The position numbers and the translations under genes were made by a program. Shown here in pieces: positions 45,156-56,505 of a DNA stretch of 64,000 nt; the first letter of the stretch is position 1, and each line of letters starts with the position of its first letter. The notes below the pieces were generated by a model. It made no database searches. It was given only the letters and a program-made list of their open reading frames with translations, and had not been told where the DNA came from. Source of the DNA: Fistulifera solaris (taxonomy: Eukaryota); NCBI GenBank assembly GCA_030295235.1, contig AP026131.1, positions 744,001 to 808,000 on the forward strand, in the 5' to 3' direction.

Positions 45156-47031
45156 CTATGCTGATTGCTGGTCGCGGACCTGACGATTTCTGGCAGCAAG
45201 AGCTTTTCCAGCAGCTGCACGTCGTTTTCTGGCTCCATCTTCGTCCAGTGCAGCCTCGGCTGCAATTTTGTAGAGCTCGTGGAATGTAACAGCCGAGTAG
45301 ACCGAACCAACTAAGTCGTTGATTGTTTTCCTGCCTTTCACAATTTCCATTCCATAATGAATTAATTCACAGGCGTCATCTCCGCAGATATGAACACCCA
45401 AGACTCGTCCCGTTTTGCGATCAAACACCAATTTCAAAAGACCATTCGGACTGAAAACACGTCCTCTCAAACATTCAGCATACAGTGCCATCCCCTCACT
45501 AGCATCGACGCCCAGTGCTTTAGCCTGTGTTGTACTGAGTCCGTAAAATGCGGCCTCGGGACTCGTCCAAACTCCTGTTGGAAAGGCAAAAGGATTTGAC
45601 GCCAAAGAAGCAGGGTCGAATGAATTTCCTGCTTGCCCCATTCCATTTTGTACACAAGTTGGATCGCTCACGTCGCATTGTGGACTATCTACTCCAAGGA
45701 TACGGCTCAATGCCGCTTGTGCTTGTGCAACACCCGTACTCGCCAGGAAGGGACGGCCCACAACATCACCCGCGGCATAAACATTGGGTTGGGTCGTCTG
45801 CAAACAATCATCGACCAAGACACCCTGACGAACCAAGTACCACGGTGAGTTGAAAGTGATATAGGATGAAACGCGTTGATGGTAAACTTACTCCGTAACG
45901 GTCTACATCAATACCCGCTCCTTGAAGATTGAGACCTGCCGTATTGGGCGTTCTTCCCACGGCAGCCAAGTAAATATCGCACGAGAGCTCGGTGGGAGTA
46001 CCCGTCGGCAATGCGCCTCCACCATTGGCTTCCAAATAAATTTTAATGGGTGCGCGAATGTTTTCGGATGCCTCGGGCGGAACACTGAAAGATTTGACCT
46101 GTGCGCCCTTTTGAATACGAATACCGGAACGCATCAAATCGGCGACGAGCATCGCCGAAACATCTTTATCGAGACCGACTTTCATCAATGCATTACGGGG
46201 AACCTGATCTCGAATAATCAATGTGACTTCTGCCCCCAAGTTGCGAAAGATTTTGGCAAATTCCATGGCGACAATACCGGACCCCGTGATGGCAATGGAT
46301 TTTGGAAGGAACTTGAGTGCATTAATCGAGTCTGAATCGAATATCCGTTTGCCATCAAACGGTATATTGAGAGGACGAAAAGGTTTGGATCCGGTCGCAA
46401 TAAGAATGTTTTTCGCTGGCACGACATCTACTTGGACGGAATCATCAAAGACACTGGTAGCATCCGGGTGTACAACGATACGATCGGTTTCACCGGAATC
46501 ACTGAACCGCGCAAATCCTTCCATAACTGTGACACCCGCTTGACTGAGTTGACGGCGCATATCATCGGCGTTAGAGTGCGCGAGATCCACACAAGAGTTA
46601 ATGATTTCATTCCAAACCGAGTCTTCACGTAGCCCCATGCCCCGCAGGGTCGAAACCTTGATTCGTTTCCCCGTATCACGAAGAGCTTTGGAGAAGAGAC
46701 CGGAGGGTGCTCCCAACGATAAATCTTCTCCGGTGCCTTCATTCATCAACATGGCCGATGCACGTGGTGCATCAATCAGAATGACTTTCTTCTTGTTTCC
46801 GTTTTTGCCTTGTGCCGCCAAGAGAGCCGCCTGCACACCCACAATGCCTCCACCGATGACCGCTAGATCATAATTGTCATCGACAGTAGCCTTGATGTAT
46901 CGCTGGAGTTGAGCTGAGTCGGTGCGGGCGAGGAAGGCATCAGAATTAGTTAGGAGTGAGAAAGTGACAAGTAGTACACAGACGGTGAGTTGCCTCGTCC
47001 GACGGCCAACAAGTGTGAAATCTAAAATCAT
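45156..47031 (-). CDS. Soluble pyridine nucleotide transhydrogenase (SthA/UdhA)-like flavoprotein, plastid-type leader
   Basis: YDLAVIGGGIVG, SKALRD without a redox CxxxxC, ILIATGSKPFRP, IFDSDSI, AVGRTPN, YAAGDVVG.P.LAST, GRVLGVHICG..ACELIHYG; intron 45825-45891; SDA-F-LA leader. Start approximate. Confidence 0.75.
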
Positions 47032-47742
47032 GTGAAACATTGAATGACAGATTTGAATTCTTCGAAAATACACTGCTTAAATGTTCATTTGCAGGTTGAG
47101 GAAGGAGGATTTTCTTTGATCGAATCTTCTTATTGTTGTTGTGCTGGCTTTTTATCTCGATCGTCGTTTTGCGCGAAATGTTGTCAGATGGGGGCTGACG
47201 CGAACCGTGAATCAAAGATATACCTTTGTTTCCGGGACTGATGACATCTTCCGATGACACTCTACCAGGGTATCCGGATCCATAGACAGTGACGTCCTGA
47301 TCAAAGAGGTGAACTTTCAAGATTCACCCCAACAATAGCATTAACATCAGCAACACATTGATGAAAACAAAGTACTCGTTGAATGGCTTGCGAAAATAGT
47401 GTTGACGATGTACCCCTATTACTCCGTATTCAATTTCATTCGTAAATGCAGACCACAATTCACGGGACTGGGGTTCGCATTGAGTCACGTCATGGTTGAA
47501 CCTACACTAAAACAGATACTATGACCTTGAAGCCTTATCCTTAGCCAACAATGAAAATCTGTCTGACGACAGACACACCAACGAGGAACCGTCCGTTCGT
47601 TCGCACAACACTCTTGGTTCGCACCATGACAACGATGAAAAGATGATGATAACCAGCTAGTTTTTCATTAAAATCCTAGTCGTCGCAACTTATTTTTGAA
47701 CCATTACTCCACATAATAGATACCAACATACGCCCTATCATT

Positions 47743-48764
47743 ATGTTCCAAACAAGTCGGAGTCTTGTGCAAAAAACCGCTCTGTTTTTCGCCAAACGCC
47801 GACCGACCTTGCTGCGAACTTTGCAATCCACATTCTCAAGCCAACCACAGCGTTTGCCTCCCAACTTAACGTTTGATCCGCGGTCTTCGTTTATCGCGCC
47901 TCAGAAGGATGTGCGCTTTGTGACAGAAAGCGACTTGAATGAAGCAGAAGAATATGACGCCGAAGAGGAAGAGGAACTGGTAGTCGTCCCCGAAAAGGTC
48001 GTGTACGCCGTGCCCTTGCCGGAACGATTGCATGTCAAGTACACACACTCTTCCCTGTCGCACTCGATGACGATGACGAAGAAAGGGAAGACGTGACTCA
48101 AGTAGGATCCATTTGGTTAAATGAAACGGTCTTTGGATGTGACCCCATTCGGGTGGATTTGTTGAAGCGCGCGGTCGATTATTATCGCGCCAAAAAGAGA
48201 GGTCGTCGAAAGGCTGTCACCAAGACGATTGGTGAAGTTTCTGGAAGTGGACGAAAATTACGGCGACAGAAAGGCACCGGTCAGGCACGAGTGGGACATT
48301 CGCGGCCGCCCCATTTTCGGGGAGGAGCCAAAGCGCACGGCCCTAAGAATGTGACCGATTATGGCAATACCAAATTGAACAAGAAAGTGCGCCGACTTGC
48401 ATTGATGAATGCACTTTCGCAAAAACTGAAGGAAGGAAATCTGTTGCTCATTAATCAGTTCTACGACTTGCCATCGCATAAGACGAGTCAGTTGGTGCGA
48501 TTGCTGGCTCCGTGGAACATTGGAGCGAAACAAGATGGTACTTCCGCTTTCATTCTGGACCATTATTACCCAGAAAATGAGGAGCACGAAGCGACACCGT
48601 ACAATGGGGTTCCCTTGAACCTATTTCTCGCGTCTTCGAACGTGCCAAACGTTAAAGTCGGCAATGAACATTCGATCAACGTCTATGACATCTTGAAGCA
48701 TGAAAAGTTAGTGCTCACGCTTGCTGTATTGCAGCAACTCGAACAAAGACTCAGCAAATTATAA
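47743..48764 (+). CDS. MRPL4: Mitochondrial ribosomal protein uL4m
   Basis: TKTIGEVSGSGRKLRRQKGTGQARVG..RPPHFRGGAKAHGPK, LNKKVRRLAL, INVYDILKH; presequence ORF 47743 joins at an A-run indel ~48037. Confidence 0.9.
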
Positions 48765-49119
48765 TTGTGTCAATTCGCATCGACTCTTTATAGGCTAAAG
48801 CTTTTATAAGATGTACTCATGAAGATAATATTCAAACTTACGCTAGTAGCATTTAATCTCGTGTTGAAAAGTCTATCAAAAACAATGTGGCGCGGAAACG
48901 CTACAACAAAAGAGAAAGTGAGAGACGATATTGAAAAACATGGATCAAAAACGACTTCTGTGCGAACAGCCTGTCAACCTTGCCTTCTGTCGAATGTCAA
49001 AACAAATCTGCATGGTGCATGGATGTGCCTAAATAAAACAATGGGACAAAGGTGTGAATCACGAAACCACAAAACAAGGATAGGATTCAGCAAATCGTAT
49101 TTGCAACCGTGCTTTCGAG

Positions 49120-51519
49120 CTAACTGGGAGACAATACCCAACTTGAACCTTCCTGTCTCTGCTGTTTGTTCTCATGCAATTCCTTGCGAAGGCTCATGAG
49201 CTCCGCCAAATAGCCCGCCAACATGTCATCAAGGACTTGTTTACGCCCTTCCAACGTCCGTATTTTTGTTCGCAAATCAGGGCATTGCTGATTGGAGAGC
49301 AGTAGTACTTCTTCGTCAATGTCTCGAATCGATTGATCAATCTGCTCATTCTCAACCAGTTGCTTTCGTAACAATCGTTGTTGCTTTGAAATAACATTCT
49401 TGTGGTGGGCTATTGCTCTGCTTCGTAACGCATCTTCTTTTCGTTTCTTCAAAAGAGCGCGAGTACTTGCTTTCGACTCTTTCGAAGACCCAAGACTCGA
49501 AGTCACTTCCAAACTGACACCATCATTCGGCTCCTCCATGGTCTTATCGACGGTGTCTCGAAGTAAACTCGTGAGCCCCGCTTTGTCCAACCGCTGCAAT
49601 TTCGTACCAGACTCAAAATTATTTAGCTTGGAAAGTGTCAAGTTCTGCAATTCGGTAATCCGTTGCAAGAGCGATGGCTCGTCGCAAAGAAGGGGGAGAT
49701 TTTCTTCTGCAGGTTCCAATGGTGGATCATCGGGTCGAAGTCGGACATCGTCGCTGCTATCGTCATCCATCGACATGTCGCTCGAATGCTTTTCGCCGGT
49801 TTCGACGGCGGGATCGTCTTCCAGAACCGTGTCCACAAACCGAACTTTACCAGGAGGTCCCGACGAAGTAATCCGTTCGAAGAGAAGGCAATGAAGCCCG
49901 CCTTTCAGTAGCGCATTGATTGGCTCAAGGTTTTGTCCTGATTTGGCCTTGGCCTCTTGTAGCGCTTTCTTTTTCGCAGCGAGTGTCATTTGCAGCTTAG
50001 CTAATCGAAGTTTGGCTTTTGCCTCCTCTAATGCTTTAGACACCGACTTTTTAGGAACGGAAGCTGGCGCGATTGTTTCTTGGATATTGTTGTCAACGGC
50101 AAACTCAACAGTGTGCGACAATACGGCAGAGCTAGTGGTGACAGAGTCGATAGGTAAAGATGCCTTAGGCCGCTGAGTGCTATCAGACGACACCACGGAA
50201 TCAGTTGCTAAAAACTGGTTCGGTAAGGATGGTTTCGGCCAATGAACGGCAAGTGGTGGATGCTTCGTAGTAACGGAAGACCAGGTAGCTTCTGCTTGCG
50301 TATTCGCGTTGGGTTGCTTTGTGACTTTTATAGTATTCTCTTTGGATCGCGACATCAGAATCTCTTGAGCGCGACGCGTCAGCCTGGCTCTCTTTTCGGC
50401 AACCTCCAGGTTCGGTAAAGCATAATTTCCTCTCCGTTCGACTTCCCGTATCTTTTCACAAGATATTTCCAGATCTCGAAACCAGCTCTCGTCAGGGACG
50501 GCTTTCGAACGAGCACTGTCAAATCGCTGAACTAAATATTCCAATACGACCATTTCCTGATCCAGTTCATCGTCAACAGGATCGGAGAACTGACCACTCG
50601 GCGGTGACGAAGTACTGCCCGCTTCACTGGCGGTTTCCGGAAGGATGGCTTCTTCGGCGGTCACTTCCGTGGCATCTTTACGATTGTTGCGCTCCTGCTG
50701 TCGCTTGCGCTTTCTCCGATTTCGAGCCGTTCTCGTGCCTTCCTGCTGCTCTTGCAGTAAAGACGCACTTGCGTTCCCCGTTTGTACCTGCAATGGTGCT
50801 GACGGAGCGTTCGCGATGGCACGTTCCGAAGGTGTGACTGTCTTGTGCGACGGTGGCGGTGGCGGAGGTATTTGCGAAACAGAAGGAGGTTGCGGGAGAT
50901 GCTGTTGCACAAAATTGGAAGAGTTGTAAGAGTGACTCGATGATTGTGTAGATATTCCGGGGTAAGACGCGCTGTGATGACCAGCTCCCATTGCTCCAGG
51001 AAACGGCGGAACTCCCTTGGTATAATCTCGTGGCAATGCTGCCGGTTCTGACGACCAATGAGATACAGGAACTCCCGAATGAAACGAGTTCATTAGTGTT
51101 GGAGGCTTGGGAGGCGGGGGAGGGGGAGGAAGGTTGGTAAAGTCTCGGATATTTCCAGAAGGATAAGCAGGAGCAAAAGTCGGCGGTGGCCATGGAGATG
51201 GTGCATTATTCATAGCAGCCCAGGAATTCTGCTGTGAATTGGGCAAAGCTGCGGATACAGAGTTCGTCGTCGGTACTCCCCATCCGGTGCTACGTTGGTA
51301 TTGTTGCATGCTGTTGTGATGTGCCGGTGGTGGAGGAGGAGGCGGTGGTGGTGCATTAAACTGCGCGTTTTCCATCGGTGGGCGAATGGGAGGCCTCGCA
51401 CTGACAGACATGCCGGGTGGCGGTGGTGGCGGATGCGGAAAAGATATCGGCGGATTGTTATTGCCGGGCGCTCCCCAAGGTTGCTGCTGCGGCATTCCCG
51501 AGTTTTGCGTCCCACTCAT
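49120..51519 (-). CDS. Proline-rich, coiled-coil protein of unknown function (basic NLS-like RNRRKRKR)
   Basis: Uninterrupted 799-aa ORF with poly-Pro tracts and C-terminal heptad repeats. Confidence 0.7.
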   Translation of the reverse strand: MSGTQNSGMPQQQPWGAPGNNNPPISFPHPPPPPPGMSVSARPPIRPPMENAQFNAPPPPPPPPPAHHNSMQQYQRSTGWGVPTTNSVSAALPNSQQNSWAAMNNAPSPWPPPTFAPAYPSGNIRDFTNLPPPPPPPKPPTLMNSFHSGVPVSHWSSEPAALPRDYTKGVPPFPGAMGAGHHSASYPGISTQSSSHSYNSSNFVQQHLPQPPSVSQIPPPPPPSHKTVTPSERAIANAPSAPLQVQTGNASASLLQEQQEGTRTARNRRKRKRQQERNNRKDATEVTAEEAILPETASEAGSTSSPPSGQFSDPVDDELDQEMVVLEYLVQRFDSARSKAVPDESWFRDLEISCEKIREVERRGNYALPNLEVAEKRARLTRRAQEILMSRSKENTIKVTKQPNANTQAEATWSSVTTKHPPLAVHWPKPSLPNQFLATDSVVSSDSTQRPKASLPIDSVTTSSAVLSHTVEFAVDNNIQETIAPASVPKKSVSKALEEAKAKLRLAKLQMTLAAKKKALQEAKAKSGQNLEPINALLKGGLHCLLFERITSSGPPGKVRFVDTVLEDDPAVETGEKHSSDMSMDDDSSDDVRLRPDDPPLEPAEENLPLLCDEPSLLQRITELQNLTLSKLNNFESGTKLQRLDKAGLTSLLRDTVDKTMEEPNDGVSLEVTSSLGSSKESKASTRALLKKRKEDALRSRAIAHHKNVISKQQRLLRKQLVENEQIDQSIRDIDEEVLLLSNQQCPDLRTKIRTLEGRKQVLDDMLAGYLAELMSLRKELHENKQQRQEGSSWVLSPS

Positions 51520-51730
51520 GCTGCAGCTTTACACCGTTTTTTCCTAGCGGCCCGCCCTAATTCACTGTCTTGATATAAACTAGTTTCTTCTCTTGTTCAT
51601 CTAAAATCTTTCGGTAGGCTTCACGACATTAATGTTATTGTCGTGGATTGTTAATTGCAAGTTCGTTTTTGTTGCGAGTGTTGCAAAAGAATGCGCGGCG
51701 TCGGAAATATTATTTTTTTGCGAAACACGA

Positions 51731-52783
51731 GACAGAAGACAGAAGGACGATTCATGACTGGAATGCAGTCGTGTTGAAAACCGAACAATAAAAGCAATAA
51801 CTTCTTGGGTATAATAGTCTTGCTGGTGCTGGTCACTGGCCAAAGGAAAACAATGAGGGGATAGGAAGTGAAAAGGAGGAACTACAGTACTTCCCACTCC
51901 CCTTGACAAATATTATCATCAATGTACATTCTTACCGCGAACCTCAACAAGGCAAAAGAGAAGGAAGCGCACAGTTAGGCTAACTATCTCTCTCGAGATT
52001 CTCTCTCTCTAGGTTGGCCATTCGCCATTCGCCATTCGCCATTCGCGATTACTCCGTAGCTTTAAGTGCAAAAAGGAAAAAGTACGAATCTCTAGACTCC
52101 AATGTCCAATGATATATTATGACGACGACAGACACACGTCATCCTTCATTTTTCACGCTTGCCTTCAAGCTTTTCTTTTGTGTTCTCTGTCCGGCGTTTC
52201 TCTGGCTTCTTCGGACTTTGGACAGATTGGGGACATCAAGTTCGTCGGCATTTCGGAAAAAAGTTACGGAGTAAAACGTGAGCACTGAGCACCACGTTCG
52301 CGTTGTCGCCGACAATCGACAATTGACAAGTTCAACTTTCTCTAGTCTTTAAAGTCTATAGTCTCTAGATTCTAAAGAAAAGAGAAAAATCAGCCAAGTT
52401 GAAGCTCCATTCCCTGCTCCATTAATTCGGGTAAGCTCATTCGTAACTCGTACTCACAACGGAGAATGCTAAAAAGGCTGAAAGATAAATGATAAATACT
52501 GGTAAATGCTCTCTAGAGTGCTATGGGCTACGGTGTACTACGAATCTGATCGTAGTTTACCTTGGTAGAATCAGGTATCAGGTAAGGGGTAAGGTTTATC
52601 AGCTATCAGCTCTCTTGACTCTTGATGCTAAAGATGCTAGATGCACTATAAAGACTAAAGACTAAAGAGTCCCTCTCTAAGGATCTAAAAGAGGTTTGAA
52701 GTTTGAAATTTGAAATAATAAGGAATTAGGTGTAGGGACTATGAGCTATGTACTCTAACTAACAGCGTCAACCGCCAACCGCC
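51731..52783. repeat. Field of many different 7-bp tandem duplications
   Basis: Exact heptamer pairs start at 51731, 52017 (x4), 52098, 52279, 52310, 52484, 52570, 52581, 52597, 52612, 52649, 52694, 52769. Confidence 0.9.
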
Positions 52784-52897
52784 TACTGAATACTACGGAG
52801 TATTCGTCAACTACGTTCTGTCTCCGAGAATTATTTGACCGCCGTTATCAAAGCAAAACACAGCGAAAATGTCGGCCGAACCCCAAACCCCGAACAG

Positions 52898-53844
52898 ATG
52901 AAGAATGAGAAAGAAATAATGATGATGATGCATGAACACAAATTCGGGAGCGAGCAATTCGAACAGACAAACATGCCAGCCGATACAACGACAAGCACAA
53001 TCTATCGAGACTTTCTCTGCAAGGACATCCTTCAAGTCAAGAGTGAAATCAAGATAGCCGACGGACACCGAAGAGGACCCCGTGGAGGAGTCACGGAGCC
53101 ATTCCCCCTCTAAGCTCTATGCTTTGCTTGAAGATTCACATTCCAAAGGAATGAGTCACATCATTTCGTGGCAAGTTCATGGGCGCTCTTTCACGATCCA
53201 CGATCTCGATATGTTTGCACGCGAGTTACTTCCGATTTACTTTCGTCAAAAAATGTCGTCCTTTAAGAGGCAGATGAACTTGTACGGTTTTCGTCGGGGA
53301 CTTGCTGGAACAGACTATGGATCGTACTATCATGAACTTTTTTCTTCGCGGAAGGCCTGATTTAGCCTCAATCATGCGCCGTACTGGTGTGGGCGGTTCT
53401 GAAGGTTGGCGTCTCTACCAAGGCGAAGAAGATCCCAACTTCTACGCTTATCCTTTTTGTCCGGATCTTTCGTCTTGTGGACGTAATGTGGTCTCAGATA
53501 CCTCAGATGCCTCTGATCAATGTTTCAGCGACTCTAGTGACGATCGCGCTGCCGGCCAACAGCAGGACCTTCGTGTACAACTAAAATCTATTGAGCCACT
53601 ATCGACCGAATCGCTGAATGTACCGTGTAGCATAATTTTGCGCAAGCGCTTCGATTTCCTTGGCCCCAAGGTTGCTTGCCAGACTATCTCCCTTGCAACG
53701 GAAATAAACACAGCATTTTCTTTTGATGACGACTTCGCCTCAGACATCTCGGAAGCAATGGGAGAGACAGAAGACTTCGACCTGTATGCAATCGAAAGCC
53801 TGCTGGCTTGCGAATTGCTTTCGTTTAACAAAAATTTTCTTTGA
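52898..53844 (+). CDS. Heat shock factor (HSF)-type transcription factor
   Basis: RGGVTEPFP.KLY..L...IISWQVHGRSFTIHD...F..ELLPIYFRQ.MSSFKRQMNLYGFRR...YYHELFLRGRP; indels at ~53105 and ~53340. Start uncertain. Confidence 0.9.
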
Positions 53845-54010
53845 TGTTTTCCTTAACCCATAATAAGACAAATTTTCTGGTTTTACTGACAGCCCAGTGC
53901 AGCCACCAAGTTGAATCTACGTTGAACGCTCGCCTTGCTGCAAGAAAGAATGGTCTGGTCTCTTGTGGTCACCATAAACTTATGACCGTAATGTCAAAAC
54001 CTATTTGCTG

Positions 54011-55571
54011 TTATTGGTCTTCTTCTGTCGTCTTCAGGTTGCCTCCCGAGTTTCGCGTCCACTCTGTCGGGAGATCAGAATGTGCGACATCTACCCCCCA
54101 AGAACGTTTCGAAATATTTCCGAGGGAACGGCCTGTTTGAATTGCCAGAATACGCCTTGCGAAACAAAGCCTCTTTGCAGGCATCTCGGAAGACGGCGAC
54201 TGCGAAATCTTTATCTTCCCAGCAATGATGCATGCACGCCTTTAACACTGTACCGAATGTTCGATGGTCTGCTTTATTGTTATCCAAGGCTTCGCGATAC
54301 AATTGTTTCACTAATTGAATTGCTTCCAGGTTCATGTCGGATGCAGCACAGCAGTTGAGCAGATTGATGTATGTGATTCGATTGGGGCTCACGCCATCAT
54401 CTATCATTTCTCGGAAAACACGGTAGGCTTTTTGTACCTTGTCCGCATCTCTAGATAGACCATACCCATGTATGACCGTTGCGTACGAAACACAATTGGG
54501 CTGAAAAGAGGAATCATTTGTGCGCTTGTAATTGGTTTTCATCTCGCAAAGCAGCGACATTGCTTTGTCGGGTCTTCCTGTCTTGCTCCAAGCATCCATG
54601 CATGTTGTGTAAGAGCGTCCGTTGACTAGCGTATAGTTGGATTTCTCGATCATCTCACGAAGTAACTCCTCGGCGCGACGGCCGGCCTGCGGTTCACTGG
54701 ACAAGGCAATCGCATGCAGCACGGAGTTGTACGAAATAGTATCCGGTGCCATGGGCATACCCTCCTTTAACAATTTCAAACATCGATTGGCTGCCTCCGG
54801 CCCACCGACTTTCGACCAAGCCGCCAGTACGATGTTGTAGGCAATGAGGTTGGGTCGCAAAGCTTCATCGCCTGTCGATTCGTACATTTGCTGTAGCTCG
54901 TGCAAGAGCTGTTCAGTTTTTTCTGCCGCCACTTGATTTCCGATCCGAGCATAGGCATCGATCACTGTACAATAACTCCGGCTGTTGGGCTTGACCAGTA
55001 CGGCGGGAGGGCCCTGGCATAATGCTTCATCGTCCAAGGAATTTTCGGTGAGAGCATCGTACCATTTTTGCTTGGCGAGTTTCTGCTCCGTATAGATTTG
55101 CTCCATTTCTTGTAATAGTTGCTGTGCTTGCAAAGCCGCCGAAAATCGACTCAAGCCTTCAAAGGGGACGGGAGACAACTTGGCAAACACGTTGAGAACG
55201 GAATTGTAGGCGACAGTATCGGGTGCCTCCATCGATCGTAACAAATTGAGCGCCACTTTCACCTGATATACCGAGGGTCGGCCCGCATTTTGTTTCGTTA
55301 AATTCGCTAATTCCAGATTGGTGCGGTAGGTTTTGCGGTCGGATCTTGGTCGGTCGCTTTTCTGGTATTTTTTAGAAGGTTTGGCGCGGTCGCTCGAACG
55401 AGAGGCATTAAGTGTAATTGTCTGCTTTGTGTATTGCCGATTGAAGAAAGCCGAAGGCCGCAGTCTCGAATAATGTGCTAATTTGTAGGCATCAGATGAA
55501 ATAAGACAAAAGATGATCACTATTGTAATTGATATCACAAGAGAGGGAGGACATCGACCGAAAAGGTCCAT
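54011..55571 (-). CDS. PPR protein, plastid-type leader
   Basis: Repeats PDTVAYNSVL, PNSRSYCTVIDAYA, PNLIAYNIVLAAWSK, PDTISYNSVL, PNCVSYATVI. Correcting two indels (~54170, ~54095) gives the C-terminus DLPTEWTRN...EEDQ*. Confidence 0.85.
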
Positions 55572-55783
55572 TTTGCTCTGTTCAGGCTTCATACTAACGG
55601 AGTATACTAAAAGCCACCCCTTAACCGCCTCCGGGCACCAACGACTTTCCACAAACAATCTTGCAAATCAGTCTAGCAATCAACAATCAAGTCTTGCAAA
55701 AGAATGAAAGAGAATGGATGAGTGGTGGTCGATCGAGAGACTTGAGGTGCGCTGCGATGCATGATGCTTGCATAAACACCGCG

Positions 55784-55863
55784 CACCCACATTTTCTGGA
55801 CACGTCAAAAACCACACACCCACATTTTCTGGAGACGTCGAAAAGCACCGCCCACATTTTCTC
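55784..55863. repeat. Short 32-33 bp minisatellite, ~2.5 copies
   Basis: cccacattttct at 55786, 55819, 55851. Confidence 0.8.
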
Positions 55864-56505
55864 CCACCCGCCGACAACAACTTTAGTTCCGATCACTTTG
55901 AAGCTTGGACTCGAAATTTCAATCTAACGGACTTTAATGGTGCGCGATTGCTTTTTATCAGCAACAGCATCAACGCAGTGATGAAGTGGTGGACTTTTGC
56001 AGTCGAAAGACCGGAAATTTACCTGTGAATCGGAATGTTTTCGTGTGATTCTTTCAAGAGACCCAACGAAAGTGATGACGACGACGGCACCTCTTTGTCA
56101 GTATTCATTTTACTCGATATTCTACTTCATGCTATTTCACATCACTAGCAATTTGAGTTGGCACCGCGCATGGAGAATGCTCCATCTCCTGCGGAGAAAA
56201 ATTCTGTACGGTCCTCTATGGTCTATGGTCACTTTTTGTCCTGCAGAAACAAGGCTTGAAACGATTTTAAGCTCCCCTGGGAAGAAATACTACTAAAGCG
56301 ACAAGTTACGTAGTCAAGAAAACGACCGTGAAAGCAGAAAACAATGACGACGATGGAAGTCATCCTCTTTTCTCAAAAAAAGGACGGAGCTAAAAAAACA
56401 TTAAAGGCGCTCTCTTTTGTGACAGCTACTAGACTATCACTTATTGCGAAATATACGTCCAACGCTATCATTTTCATCATGTAAATAACCGAGTCACATA
56501 TTCAA

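Noticed and set aside
9096..47031. Cofactor/vitamin gene cluster (lumazine-binding-like, bioA, riboflavin kinase, flavoprotein)
   Set aside because: The genes are spread over ~38 kb among unrelated genes, and the lumazine-binding family name does not establish function.
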